From NCBI RefSeq assembly GCF_026571515.1, contig NW_026864520.1:310001-374000 (forward strand): a DNA stretch of 64,000 nt. The letters run 5' to 3'. The translations under genes were made by a program, and so were the position numbers. Below the pieces are notes generated by a model that saw nothing but the letters and a program-made list of their open reading frames with translations, was not told the DNA's origin and made no database searches. This document shows, piece after piece, positions 38,891-51,700 of the stretch (within the stretch, counting starts at the first letter, position 1; each line of letters begins with the position of its first letter). Source of the DNA: Ruditapes philippinarum. Taxonomy: Eukaryota.

Positions 38891-40201
38891 AACGGAATAA
38901 TTTTTTAACGAAATAATTGTCCATGCACCGTCAGTGTGTTCGAATATATTTTTCCGTTCAAAAATTTGGGATCAATCTGTAAAGCACCTTGCTTAACCAG
39001 TATGGCTGATAGACATATATAGATTGATGTTTATATTTTATTTTAAATTGATAAGTACATCGTTTGAAAGTTTTTGTGTATGATTGAGCATGAAATTGAA
39101 AGAAAATATGATAAGCTTTTGAATAAAGCTTGAAAGGCAAGACAATAGACATTTTTGGAATTTTTTATGATGCTATGCGTTTTTGAGCAATAACTATTAG
39201 ACGTCAGGCTTGACCGACAAAAACTATAACAAGCCTGTAACGTCTAATATATTGGACTAATGGGAACCATAATAGGACAGGGAACCAGAATAAACGGAAG
39301 CAGTGTATAAAATACAGAATGACAATTTTAAAACGGAAAATGTTAAATAAAAATGAACGACTATTTCAGGGTATAAGTAAATCGAGCTCGCTTTGAGGCT
39401 TTGCCTTTTCATATTATTTTAGGGTGATATAGAGGACTCTGGGTACTAGTTACCTACATAGCTACGCACTTAACTACTATGGACATGATAGCCCAAAGTG
39501 ACACAAGCGAAATCCAGGTGTCAAGGTCACCATTCACAAGCAAATGTCAAAACAGAATGGTAAAAATTAACAGGTTTCATCAATGTTTAATAAATGAGAT
39601 GGGACTTAGCTTTTGAATATATATAAAAAGTATAATTCTAACGTATAACCAACACTCAGACTAGGTGTTAAGTATCTCTATACTGACCGTCAATTCAAAA
39701 CTCTAAGTGAATGGGTGGGGTAAGGAACACCGGTTGCCTCTTTTGTAGACTAAATTGTATTTTTGGGTAAAGTTCATGTAGCGCAAACCCTCAATATTGT
39801 TTAAATAACAAATAAATGTCAATTGCATTTCTTTAATTATCAAAACAATTTAGCTTTATACAGAAATGAAGATATTTTATAGATACGGGTCTAGAAACAT
39901 GTTTCTTCTGTTTCAACGCTGGACGCTTTCATTTGGCGATTATCTAAATTCCGTGTCATTACCCGTTCTAAAATTGATTATTGGACGTTTCGCACAATGG
40001 ATATTTCGTACCAGACACTTCGGACCAGATTTAGGACACCCTACCTTTTTAAGGTTTAATTTTTCTGTCGAAAAGAGTATGCGATACTTTAAGCACAAAT
40101 GCTTTTAAAGTTTATCTTAAATTGTCTATAGTGCTTTTTTCTGATGCCAGAAAATCAAAATGAGTCAAATTAAGGGTTCAAAATTATTAGTCTAATAAAC
40201 G

Positions 40202-40701
40202 AGGGGCAGGACGTGAAGTGGTTGCACACTTGGTTCAAGCGAGCGAATTGGTTGTAACCAAAATGTGCTTGAACACGATATTTTTGTGTATTGAACGTTA
40301 TCTTCGGACTTGCGAAATAAACCTTTTGTACAGCATTGACATAAACATATTTTGTTATTGTTAAATGCAGTTCAAAACTTACAAATTCGAATAAATTAGG
40401 AGCAAAACCGACCAGATCAGTCCCATGTCAAATTTCAAAATATCTACATGATCAGTTTATATCTTCAATAACTCCGTCAAAACAGAATCTAGGATGCTGA
40501 AACCTTTAGCCGAGTGTGGCATATATATTGCATTATGGAATAGACATACTAATGAACTTCAAAATAACAAAGAAACCCACTTGCCTGGCAAAAATTCGTT
40601 CACCCGTTTCAAAAAATCACGCCGTGTTCGCCATTTTGTCAAGTTTGCAACCAAATTCGCTCGCTTGAACCAAGTGTGCAACCACTTCACGTCCTGCCCC
40701 T
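40202..40701. mobile_element. MITE with ~55-bp near-perfect TIRs
   Basis: AGGGGCAGGACGTGAAGTGGTTGCACACTTGGTTCAAGCGAGCGAATT has its reverse complement at the right end. Confidence 0.88.
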
Positions 40702-43646
40702 TGATAAAGTCTAAAACTATTGGGGCAAATTAATAAATGATAAAAAAAATAAAAATTCGTGTATACTTCTTTAGATTATCTCGGTTTGTCAAGTTATTGG
40801 ACTTTTCAAACATATTCGTTTCTGTTAAAATAAAAGATCGGTTAATTTAGTGTTGGCAAACTTCTACATGTATACATTTATGTATGAGTCCAGTAAATGC
40901 CTGAATTATATAATTTTTAAAACGGAATATGTTTTTTTTAAAAATTCCATCAGATTTAGCAATTGCGTTTTTCAAATTGAGATGTTTGAAACATAAAATG
41001 CAAATAGAAACATGTAGATTTTTAAATTTTGATAGAAGTCTTAGAGTTTTGTAGTTTCTGATCTAATAATTCGTTAGGTGATGAATTCAATTATTTATTT
41101 ATTAACTGTTCCTTTTTTCACGACCCGTGAAAGATTTATTTAGACAAATCTTACATTCTTAAATCTTCAAAGTTGATGAATAGTGAAATCAAAAATGTTT
41201 TACTCAATCTAGCAATCTTCTGTAAAGATATTTTCATGCATAATGATTTTATTCTACCATTCTATAACTGCAATTGTATTATTTCTATTTTTTTCTTCTT
41301 CTTGTGTACATATGTTCATAACATTGCCATGGTTTCACATTACTATAATTATATCACTTTACTTTGTTTAATAATGTTTTGTTATATTGTTGTTTTCTCA
41401 CATGCCCAGTTTGGCCTGCATGCAGGTATCAATAACACTATACGGACCAGATTTCGGGACATTATAAAATGGCGTTGGCCCACTCAATTCTCACCCTCTG
41501 TATCATATAGAAAATTAGTTACATTTGAGTCTAGTCTCTGTTGAGCTAGAAATAGACTTCAACCTTAAACGTCATCACTGTCCAGATATATATTAAGTTA
41601 GCACGTGTACGCTTCAGAAGTTTTCGTTTTTTGTGTCACTTCTAAAATTGCCCAATTTAAATGTGATATGATTTCTGGTAAAGTGTCTAGGGATACTGCT
41701 CCAGCACTGAAGTGAGTTAAATCCGTTTAAATGCTGGCACGTAGTATATAATCCTTTCACCCGAAAAGAGTTTCTCGGAAATATACACACAAAACAAATT
41801 TTAAAGTCACCAGACGTTACATTAAAAACTCCTAAAAAATTCAAAATACATTTTCAATTATAAAGGGCACTAAAATGTTACAGAAATATTTACTAGAGTA
41901 AATACATGCTAATTTTGGCAACTATTAAGAGGTCTAACGTAAGAACTCTCAATAAATTGCGCACCTTTCTAATTCTGTCGCTCTTTAGTCATTTTTGGTT
42001 TGGTAAAACAAGCAATTTCGTTCATATGTACGAGCAGGGTCTGCATATTTCAAAAGTTTGGAGTTAGATGTTTTTGCTGTGCACACGGGCAAATAAGTCA
42101 CGTAAAAAGGTATCCAAATGTCAGTAACTGTTACATACTCATACATATTAACTAATGTATTAACTTAAATCCATTTACATGTATATAACATTTCAATTCA
42201 TACATATTAATGAGGAGATAACGCTCCATGCATTGAATAGCATGTAAGTATATTCTGCAGCAATACTGTACGCAATCTTCTATTGGAATATACAATGACA
42301 CACAGTAACGTATTGGTCATTATATACCATTATCAGATTATAACAGGTAACTTCTTGTATTGGCTTACAGCGTATCGGAGTCTGTAAATAAATGAAATTG
42401 TGCCAGTACATGAAAGAAATATTGACCGTAAACGGTAAATCAATAAGGAGTGAAAGTAGTTACTGGATTAATGAAATCGACTGCATTTTACAGGCGAAAT
42501 AATGTTATTATTTTCTTTGTAACTTAGCTAAAGATGTCAGATAAGTTGGGAAGTAGGATAATTATCAAGCATGGACTTGGGAATAAAACATGTGATATGG
42601 ACTGAAATATTTCTTGTAAATAGATCTATGGAAATGGAAGACCGTTGCTAATATTGAGAAAACTTGCGGGTCAACGCATTTTGCCAAATATGTTATACCA
42701 TTGTATTGTAACTGTCTTTACATGTATGTATATGCTTCATTTTCTTTTTTTGGCAATAATATATGTACGGAAAATTGGAAATAAATCATTGGGTATTGGA
42801 GTATTGGATATATGTAAATTGAACATATCGCTTCAATAAAACAGTTATTTAGGTAGAATAATTAGAATCTTTTGATTTTATATTTTATCACAATTTATCA
42901 GTACTTTTTTTTATACACGACGCGAAGCTTAAATCTAGACATTTCTGGGCATGAAGTAAACTATATTAGTATTTTTAAAATATATCATATGATACATTTC
43001 ATGGTTTAATATGTACATAGTCCTCGGAATGTACTGCATGTATACATACGCCTCGTCTAATATTAATTGCTGCTGTATCGACCGTTCCGCACCTGTCAGT
43101 ACAACGCCAGTTGATTATCCAATTGGTTACCGTAAAACAACTGTAACATTTTGTCAGTAGGGATTGTCTAAATTTGGAATCGTTATTTTTAACACGGATC
43201 AAGTGGCATTAACCAAATGTGAATTTAGACTATATATACTTATGTTGTATAAATAAAAACGTTTCAATTAAAACGTGTGCAATTTCAAATATGTCCGTTT
43301 AAGAAACATGATAGATCGTCGAATCAAAGTAAATTTTATAGAAGCATACTTGTTTTTATCATGAGTCAAATATAACAAAAACCTTTTTCTAAATAATTCA
43401 TGTTTAAATTATTTGAACAAAAAGTAATATGTATCGCAGAAGTACTCTTTTATTGGGTATGGATCGAGCTCCTTACCCCATCCCGCCCCCTAGCTTCTTA
43501 CACTCAAGTACGCGGCTAAAATGTTTCAACCCTCAAATGCTTGCTTGTTATATAGATCTATTTTTTCTTACAAGGTTCGGACACAAGACTGAAGTCGACG
43601 CAATCTAGATGTGTTTCACCTGTACTGTTGGCTTGACGACAGAAGA

Positions 43647-44466
43647 ATGTGTAAATTTTCTCACTTCAGCAAGACCGGTCGAGAAAAGACCAGCAAGTAC
43701 GTTACGTTTACATTTGTGCTGTCCATTTTGATACATGGTTTGGTGCAAATATCAACGTCCATTTGGCTTTTAGTGACAAACTACATTGCATGCACATTTC
43801 TGCAAAAATATTACGCGCCGATTTACACACATGCTGCTTCAGGTGCAAGTTCAGTGATTGTTGCATTGTTAAGCATAATCGGGACAAATTGTTTGCACAT
43901 CAACTGCCATGTCCGGTATTTCGTTGTAGGCCTCGGTATGATTATTTCTCTAGAGATTGCCAGTGTGTTATCTGCTGTTGTTCTTGACAACCTGGCAACA
44001 TCACGTTTACCAAATTCCATGGCAACACATCTAGATTTCGCCATGGGTGAGAAAAGAGAATTAACGTCACGATGATCATTTGAACTGCTGGTTACGATTG
44101 CAAAAACATTTTAAGTGCTGTGGTGTCAACGATTTAACAGACTGGTGTTATCACAAAAAGAACACGACAGAATGTGAACTATCAACTAAAGTATTAGATA
44201 GTTGTAAATGTGATTCAGGTAAATTAAAAAGACGTAATAAATGTACTTCATTTCACAACGAAACTATATACGAAGCTTCTTGTATTAAAAGTGTAACTCA
44301 CAAAATTTCAGCCATAAATAGAATGATAATAGCTATGGATTCTTCATTTTGTGTCATGCAATGTATTTCTTACATTGTTGTAAACTGTATTTTGACTAGG
44401 CTTAATTCTCAATCAGTTATTGATATATACAAAACCAAACCACCAGAACACGAATCTCGGTTGTGA
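43647..44466 (+). pseudogene. Intronless divergent tetraspanin, interrupted by one +1 frameshift (about 272 aa if corrected)
   Basis: ORF 43647-44075 gives TM1-TM3, including a polar E in TM3 (IISLEIA). The +1 frame from 44065 gives WLRLQKHFKCCGVNDLTDW, further EC2 cysteines, IYEASC and TM4 (SFCVMQCISYIVV). Upstream acceptor at 43574 and AATAAA at 45056. Could be a pseudogene, a null allele, an assembly error or recoding. Confidence 0.8.
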
Positions 44467-45218
44467 TAAATGTGACAATAGATAAATATTTAACCAAGGG
44501 AGCAACACAAAAATATCTAACCCAATCGGAACATTCTCGGCTATAATTCATAATAACCTCGGAAACAATACGGTTTGACAGTAGATCTACCACGTGGTTT
44601 CAGATGTAAACAGAAACAGAGTGTTATCTTCGATAATGAAAAACGAATATAAATATTTGACATCCTAAGGGAAATATAGTTTATTTCGGTACAATTATGA
44701 TTGGAAATATGTCTGACAACCATTTTAAATTCAAATATGCCCATTGATGTACAATTGTAAACAAATCCGACTCAATGTCAAAAGGTTGGCATTTTGTACT
44801 TAACCATAGTAAGAAGAATAGAAATAATGTATTGTTTACTGTCATATCTTTGAAGGTGGACTTTTACTCGATATATTGGTATAAATATAGTCTTTAACTC
44901 CTTGTATTAAATTGCTATTTGTTTACATGTTTTGTTTCTTAGCTCCAGTTAGACCGAAATACCGTATTCGTTCTGTGTATTCATACACAACTGTATAAAT
45001 GTTTCACATATAAATGCATGTAACGATTTTATAATAATTGAATTTTTAATGTATGAATAAAGTATTTGAAAATACTGGTGGATTTATTTTATTTACATTA
45101 GACTGTTCAACAAACATCACATAGCTTGGTCATTACCTACTACCTCTCGCATATCATAATAATCCTTTAATTTCTCTAGACGAAGATAGTTATATACTTA
45201 GTCGGAAAAGAATCGATC

Positions 45219-45250
45219 TGATGATGATGATGATTATGACGATGATGATA
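45219..45250. repeat. (GAT)n microsatellite; a related GAT/GGT-rich duplicated unit lies at 45505-45590
   Basis: Direct reading. Confidence 0.8.
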
Positions 45251-45668
45251 ATGGAAATAAAATGGTGTACCTGATGATGATTACAGAGTTGATCATAATG
45301 AATATGACAAGCTCGAAAAATAACAACAACAATAAATAAAGGAAAGACTTTCTTAAAAATGCTTGTGACTTTCTACACAGTCATTTTTTTAATATTTGAT
45401 TGAAATTATACATGTATAGTGTATATGATTATGTTTGACAGAAAGAAAATAGTGTTAATAACTTTAAACTTACAATAAGTAGATTCACATGTAATGTAAA
45501 ATGTATATGATGATGATGATGGTGGTGATGATGATAAATCAAATACCGGTATTGACGATGATGGTGATGATGACTCAAATACCGGTATACATGTATATTT
45601 AAATATTATTATCATTCGGCATTTTCTCCTAACTTCCTATTTGTTGACGGCTAAAGTACGGGAGATCA

Positions 45669-45751
45669 TCAGAAATATCCGGCCATTATTTGCAGTAGTA
45701 TTATTACAAAATGTATAGATGAGAACAGTCCTACACTAGAGACTCCCGAAT
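45669..45751 (-). CDS. EB-like gene last exon (DSGVSSVGLFSSIHFVIILLQIMAGYF*), GPI-signal-like
   Basis: catttcag| acceptor, phase compatible, hydrophobic tail ending at TGA. Confidence 0.75.
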
Positions 45752-48700
45752 CTGAAATGAATAAATAAATAAAGCATAATATTCTGTCATGTATCAGAAT
45801 AATACAGAAGAAATATAAAGGAGCAAAGCAAATAGAAGAAGTGTCCGTGGCCGAGTGGTTAAGAAAGGACTTGCCCCCTCACCGCTGTAATTCGAGCATG
45901 GCCAGCGTCTCCGATTATTTTTTTGTGAGAAAGCTACCCAGCTATCTTACGGCAGGTCGGTGGTTCTGCTCAGGTACCCGCCTTTTTTATGGCAAGCTCT
46001 ACAGTATGGTATGAAAAAAGTTTTTACTTTGTACTATGCTGACATAATTAGTACAAACTAAAATTTTCGGAAATATCATAATTTCAATGCTTGTTAATGT
46101 GATTATATGTGGATATTACATTAATTCCATAATGATTCGCATGCATTCGGCTTACTTCCTTTCTCCGTTTTACCTCTCTGTAAAATAACACTAGTTTGTG
46201 CAACTTGTCACAATTGCCGAATTGTGTCGAGTATAACGAGCTTTTGATGGCTCAAATATCTTAAGTTAATTTAAAATATAATTAAGAAACTTTAAAACTA
46301 TGTAACTGCATTTTAATTGCATGTACCAGAAAGAGTTATATACATGTAATATGATAGTTTCTGAGTTTAGTAATTAAAAAATCATGAACCATGTCTTATA
46401 CTCGATCATCATTAGTCTACATACATGCATTATGCCGTGACAAGATTCCATCCCATGCATCTTATATTCTTACAGTCTTTTCTATAAATCTTAGCGGTAT
46501 GGAATTCATTACAACAAATCACTCATAAGTGTAAGGTGCTTAAAATTAAGAAGTTAAGTGCATCACCAAACGCATGCATTTATTTGCTCTGAAAACATGC
46601 ATATAAAGTTGAAAACTTTCTCTGTTCTACAAAAAATGTTACAATAAAAAGTGTAAACACATGCAAGAATACCTTTATCTTGAATATCTGTTTGATAAAA
46701 AGCAATATACACACGTATATCATAAGAAAACAATTGATTTTCCCTATGACAAAATGAATCCCATGCTTTTTTGCACAAAACTTATACTTATAACGGTGAC
46801 ATTGAATAACGCCGTGCGTGCATAATCTAACATAAAGTAAACATAGTACATTAACGGAACTCCATTAAGGCCTAAAAACATATTATTTGGATGTTTTTAT
46901 ATATAGATCAGCTTAAAATATAAAACATAAAGATATGCAAAAGACAGCTTAAAAATACATAGAAATAAGTTTGTGCTATTGAGTGAAAAGCGTTGCAAAA
47001 ATACCTGAAGCGATCGAAAGATCACAAGCTATTGGTATGGAATAGACCTACATCAAATGGAACATTAATTTTGAAAATTATTTCCAGTCCCGTCATGTCA
47101 AAAACATCAATGGACTCAGTCTCTTTAAGATTTATTGGCACATCCGTATGCAAACTATCTTGATCATTTAGAAATATACAAAGAATGGTCAAGATACCAC
47201 AAATACATACAAAGAAAAGCATTTCAGCCATATATATGAATACAAATGAGTAAATAAGAAAAACTGTTCAAACCAGATTGATTTACATTTTAAAAAAGTG
47301 TTTGAGAGTTGAGAGCTTTTAATTCAAGAAAAAAAAAATCGTCTGCTTTACCAATTTTAAATATAGAGCGGACATCGAGGGTTTACCCTATAGTTTATGT
47401 ATTATATCGTCGGTAAATTTCATTTTCTACCTTAATTCTTTTGATTTGGCAATTTTATGATACGATTTATCTAAAACTAACATATTTAACCCTTAAGGCG
47501 ACTTTAAGAAACAACACACCTTGCATGCATACGCCGCTTGATGCACCAGGACATTTTACACAAAGGAAACTTTCACATTCGCTGAAGTGTGTACAACTTT
47601 CACCGATTTTATACCGCTCAAAACCATCGTCAACTTTATCTGAAAATGTCGATAAGTAAATGAACAAAATAATTCTAGAGATTATCTTCGTATTTTTCCC
47701 CGGCAACGAAACAGTTGAAAATAAGCAATTTACTATATTACGTTCAAACTTTTCACATTTTCTGATTATTTTTTTGTGCTTTTTACCCGTTTATCTTTTT
47801 TTGCAATGGAAATTCAAATTTTTTCCCTCTGGAATTAAAACATAAACTGTGCTGCACACACGGTTTACTGGTGAAGGAAGACCTCGGGTACCCTTCCATG
47901 CATTATTTCAGGCACGAACGTGCACCTGAGTAGAACCACCGACTTTCGTAAGCTAGCTGGATAGCTTCCTTAACTATTTATATTCTTACAACATATAGAA
48001 CAGAACTTTTTGCGTACTTGAGAATACATACTCGTCAACAAAAATAATGATTTGAATGCATAATCAAAAGCAAAGTACTAACATGTACAATAATGTCGAG
48101 AGAAACAAAATAAAGAGGCACATCATATAAATCACATAGATATCACAAAGTAAAAGATATATTAGAGAGTGATCTAGTCCGGTGTAAAATGTAATGACGA
48201 ACTTTCATCTATAAAATAAGTGAAATAATATAAATATCAATTGTTAAATCTGTGGCTTGAAACTTACTAAGGCAAAGATGGTACCCATTTACATATCTAT
48301 GGTCGTGGGATGGAGGGCACGAGCAAATATTGTTCCTGCACGTGGGCACATTGTTTGAAGTGTCGTCTGATATTGTCGTAGTATCGAAAGAAACAACACA
48401 CTGTGGTAACCACTGGCAACTTTCACCCCATCTCGCTGAAAGAGAAAAAAATTGATCAACTGCAGATGGCGAGTGAAAGATATCTGCACTCCGGTAACCT
48501 ACAAAAGTAGAAATTAAAACTCGAAGTGGACTTCATTAAATTTGAAAATTCAAAAATTAATTTTCAGCCAAATATTCAAATTCTTTTTTTTTTGAATATG
48601 TAATAAAATGAATTTTTACTATAACACATTCAATGTATATATGTCAGCCCCAGTGCACTTACAGAAACGACTACGCGAGGATAAAGCAAGCAATGTTTCA

Positions 48701-51700
48701 ATGATATAAAACTTGCTGGCGTATTGTTAACTTTTTCTGAGGACAACAGGGAATGCGTTGTGCTTTCGGCAGAAAGAACATCCAAACACTTAGGCTCGGC
48801 TATCTGATTTCACCCCTTCGTACAAATAGATAACCACGTACTGCTATAAATTTTGAATTACTTTTATAAATAGTCGATGCTATAAGCAATAATATGTGAT
48901 CCATATAATGTACCCACAGCACTATCAGGTGTATTTTGGCTGACATTTATGGAACTATATATAATTTAATAAATAACAACCAAAAGGCCTGACAGGAAAT
49001 GACGTCAAAAGTCGTGATCGAATGGAGACAATTCTATCCTCTTTAAAGCAGTGAGTGGTTCCTGAGTTTTCATCCATGTTTACAATTAAGATTACACTAT
49101 GGGAGGATACTAGTACTAATAAGGATTTAAGTCTTTTTCATATCGCCGGGAATGCAGTAAAAGTAAACTCACGTGCTCTGCAAGTGGTGTAAGATTCGGA
49201 TGTGTCGGCGACATATCCAGATCGACAGTCACAAGTTCCGTCACATTCCCCGCCTGAAAACGAAAATAAAAATAAATAACCCTAACACCAAGAGTATGTG
49301 CTATACAATTTGAAATAAGATATAATCATCCAGTTTTAGCTATTTTTCATGATAATTTTCAAAATGTATTTAAAAGTATAATATTTTGAAGAAACAAAAT
49401 AAAGCAATTTACACATTGCCAATGGCGCTTACAACCCACTTAACTTAAAAAAGATCAAAATATGCCAAAAAATAGCCATGATTACTGCGTTAGTAACGTA
49501 GTAGAAATGTAGATATAAATACTGAAAAATCACTCATTAATCGCAAAAGCATGAAAAAGAATACTTAAAACTTGAATATTTTTACTTATCCTAAAATTTT
49601 AGTACATTTTTTTCTCAAGTTTGATTTTCTACTTTGACATATTTTTGCTCATTTGAAGGCGTGCAACCTTACAGCAGCAAGCCTTCAGTTTCATGTTAAT
49701 GTTCATGGAAAAAGTTAAAATGTATTAAAAAGAGTGAACAAAGTAACTTTCACAACTTTAGTAACTTTTGCAAACGGCACGTACAATCCATGTTCATTAG
49801 TATTGCGAATAAAATATGGTGATAATTACTGCAAGTCATTCATTAATCGCACAAAATATCTGCTAGAAAATTACACAATGAACAATGAATTGTTCAAGAC
49901 TCCTTTTTAACAAATAATAATAAATTTGAATAAGTAACAATAAATGAAATAAATGTTCAGAGTCATACCCGAATCAAGAAGCGCTTGAAGACATTGTAAG
50001 TTATACTGCCCTCCGCAAGACTCTTTCAGTATTTTGTAAGTCCTAAAAACACATGCTTTCGCAGTTGTATGGTAATCGTACCATGTGGTGCAAGCACAAC
50101 GACCAATTGTTGTGTCACATATTTGGTTAGCCTCATTACAGTAATACCCCGTCCCACATGGCTCATTAAAACCGCTTAATATCTCTATATAAAAAAAAGA
50201 AATCTACGTTTACTTTCGACTCAAAACAAATTTAATCAAAGGGCTGCAAGCTCTGTGGTATTTTCTGATCTTTGCAATCTAAATCGTACTGTATATCTGT
50301 ATATGTTTTCCTGTATAAGTTTATGTTTATGTACTATAATTCATCTTGCATGGCACCAGAGTTTGATACATACGGAATTTTGCATAACTAGAGTTGCATC
50401 AAAAAATCATTTATGCTCATTTTTTATGATAGCCACACTTTATCCTTGCATATCGTGGCTATTTCCTTAACAAAGACACTAAAAAAAGAATTAAAAACAT
50501 GTTGACTCGCCTGGGATTTGAACTCCAGACCTCTCACACACTAAACGAGCGCGTTACCCCTGCACCACGGAGAAGTCTTAAAAACAAAGGCTGAATAAAA
50601 TCAAGTCATTCTAAATTTAGAATTTCCATTGCATTTCGGGTTTTTAAAGCAGCACAGGCTGAATAAAATCAAGTCATTCTAAATTTAGAATTTCCATAGC
50701 ATTTCGGGTTAAGGTAATTTCGAGGTATTTTGTTCAGGGTAAACCTTGTTCTTTAAAATTGCGCCCAAACAGTCCAACATGTAGAAACTATATATTCATC
50801 TACTCGGCAGTCAGATTTATTTGTGTAGTATTCGGTAATCGACATCGCTAAAAATAGCATTTTCATTGATTGAAATCATATTCGTCCGTGTAATTTGTGA
50901 GTGTGCATTTATTGACAATTCTATAAGCCAACGCTACTTTTAAAGTTTGAATGTGTAGTAATTTGTTGGACAATTGTTCATTCTTTTAAATTGCTGGTTT
51001 TTAAGCAGTTTTGAGTGAGAACTACTTTGCGTTGTTAGGTCTGTTAGGAAATTATGTGTTAGACCGTGGATGTTAGCTATGTATTTACTGATCTGCGATC
51101 AGAAAATACAAAAATGAATAACTTTAATATATTCTCTATGCCAAAATATTAAAGCAATTACGACATTGTTTGATAAAGTGACAATTAATATGAATTGATC
51201 TACACTGGGCACATTTTGCACGAGTATTTTAAAATATCGATAAAATATTAGCTATGTGTCATTCGAATATTCAATAGAACAAGTTCAAAGGTCAGCTGCC
51301 ATATATGTATACAATGACTACATTCACACCAGTAGTGTATCTATAATGATAAGTTAACTTAATTAGCAAACCCCAGAAAAGAGGCGCTACATCAGCCTTA
51401 CAAAATCCAACACAATCTTGTGAGGGTCGACCATCACCACCTGACACCAACTAGAAACCTGAACTACTTAATTCCATATTCAAGGACACAATATCACTCC
51501 TATTAATTATCCCTCAGATGTAATCATCTGTGGAATGGTCTCCTGTGTCCTTATAAGCTAGTCCAAGTTAAGACCTCTTTACTGGGCAGCTGCATCCTTT
51601 TTACCAGTTCTAAGCCAGCTTTGATTTTAACTTTTATCTCAGTCATGTAGTTCTTTTTAACTTGCTTTTACCTTTTGTCTATAAATTTGCACTTAACATA

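Noticed and set aside
44073-44075. Selenocysteine or simple readthrough of the tetraspanin TGA
   Set aside because: The downstream half is in the +1 frame; in-frame readthrough hits another TGA at 44082 region (TCA TTT GAA is open but does not encode the CCG domain), so readthrough alone cannot restore the protein.
46156-46178. 22-nt micro-exon (ttttacag|...|gtaagc) in the last intron of the EB-like gene
   Set aside because: It gives an immediate TAA in phase 1 and is not a multiple of 3; exon 7 joins the last exon in frame without it.
50504-50575. Functional tRNA gene
   Set aside because: A and B boxes are present but the acceptor and anticodon stems do not pair properly. The SINE heads elsewhere are likewise not tRNAs.
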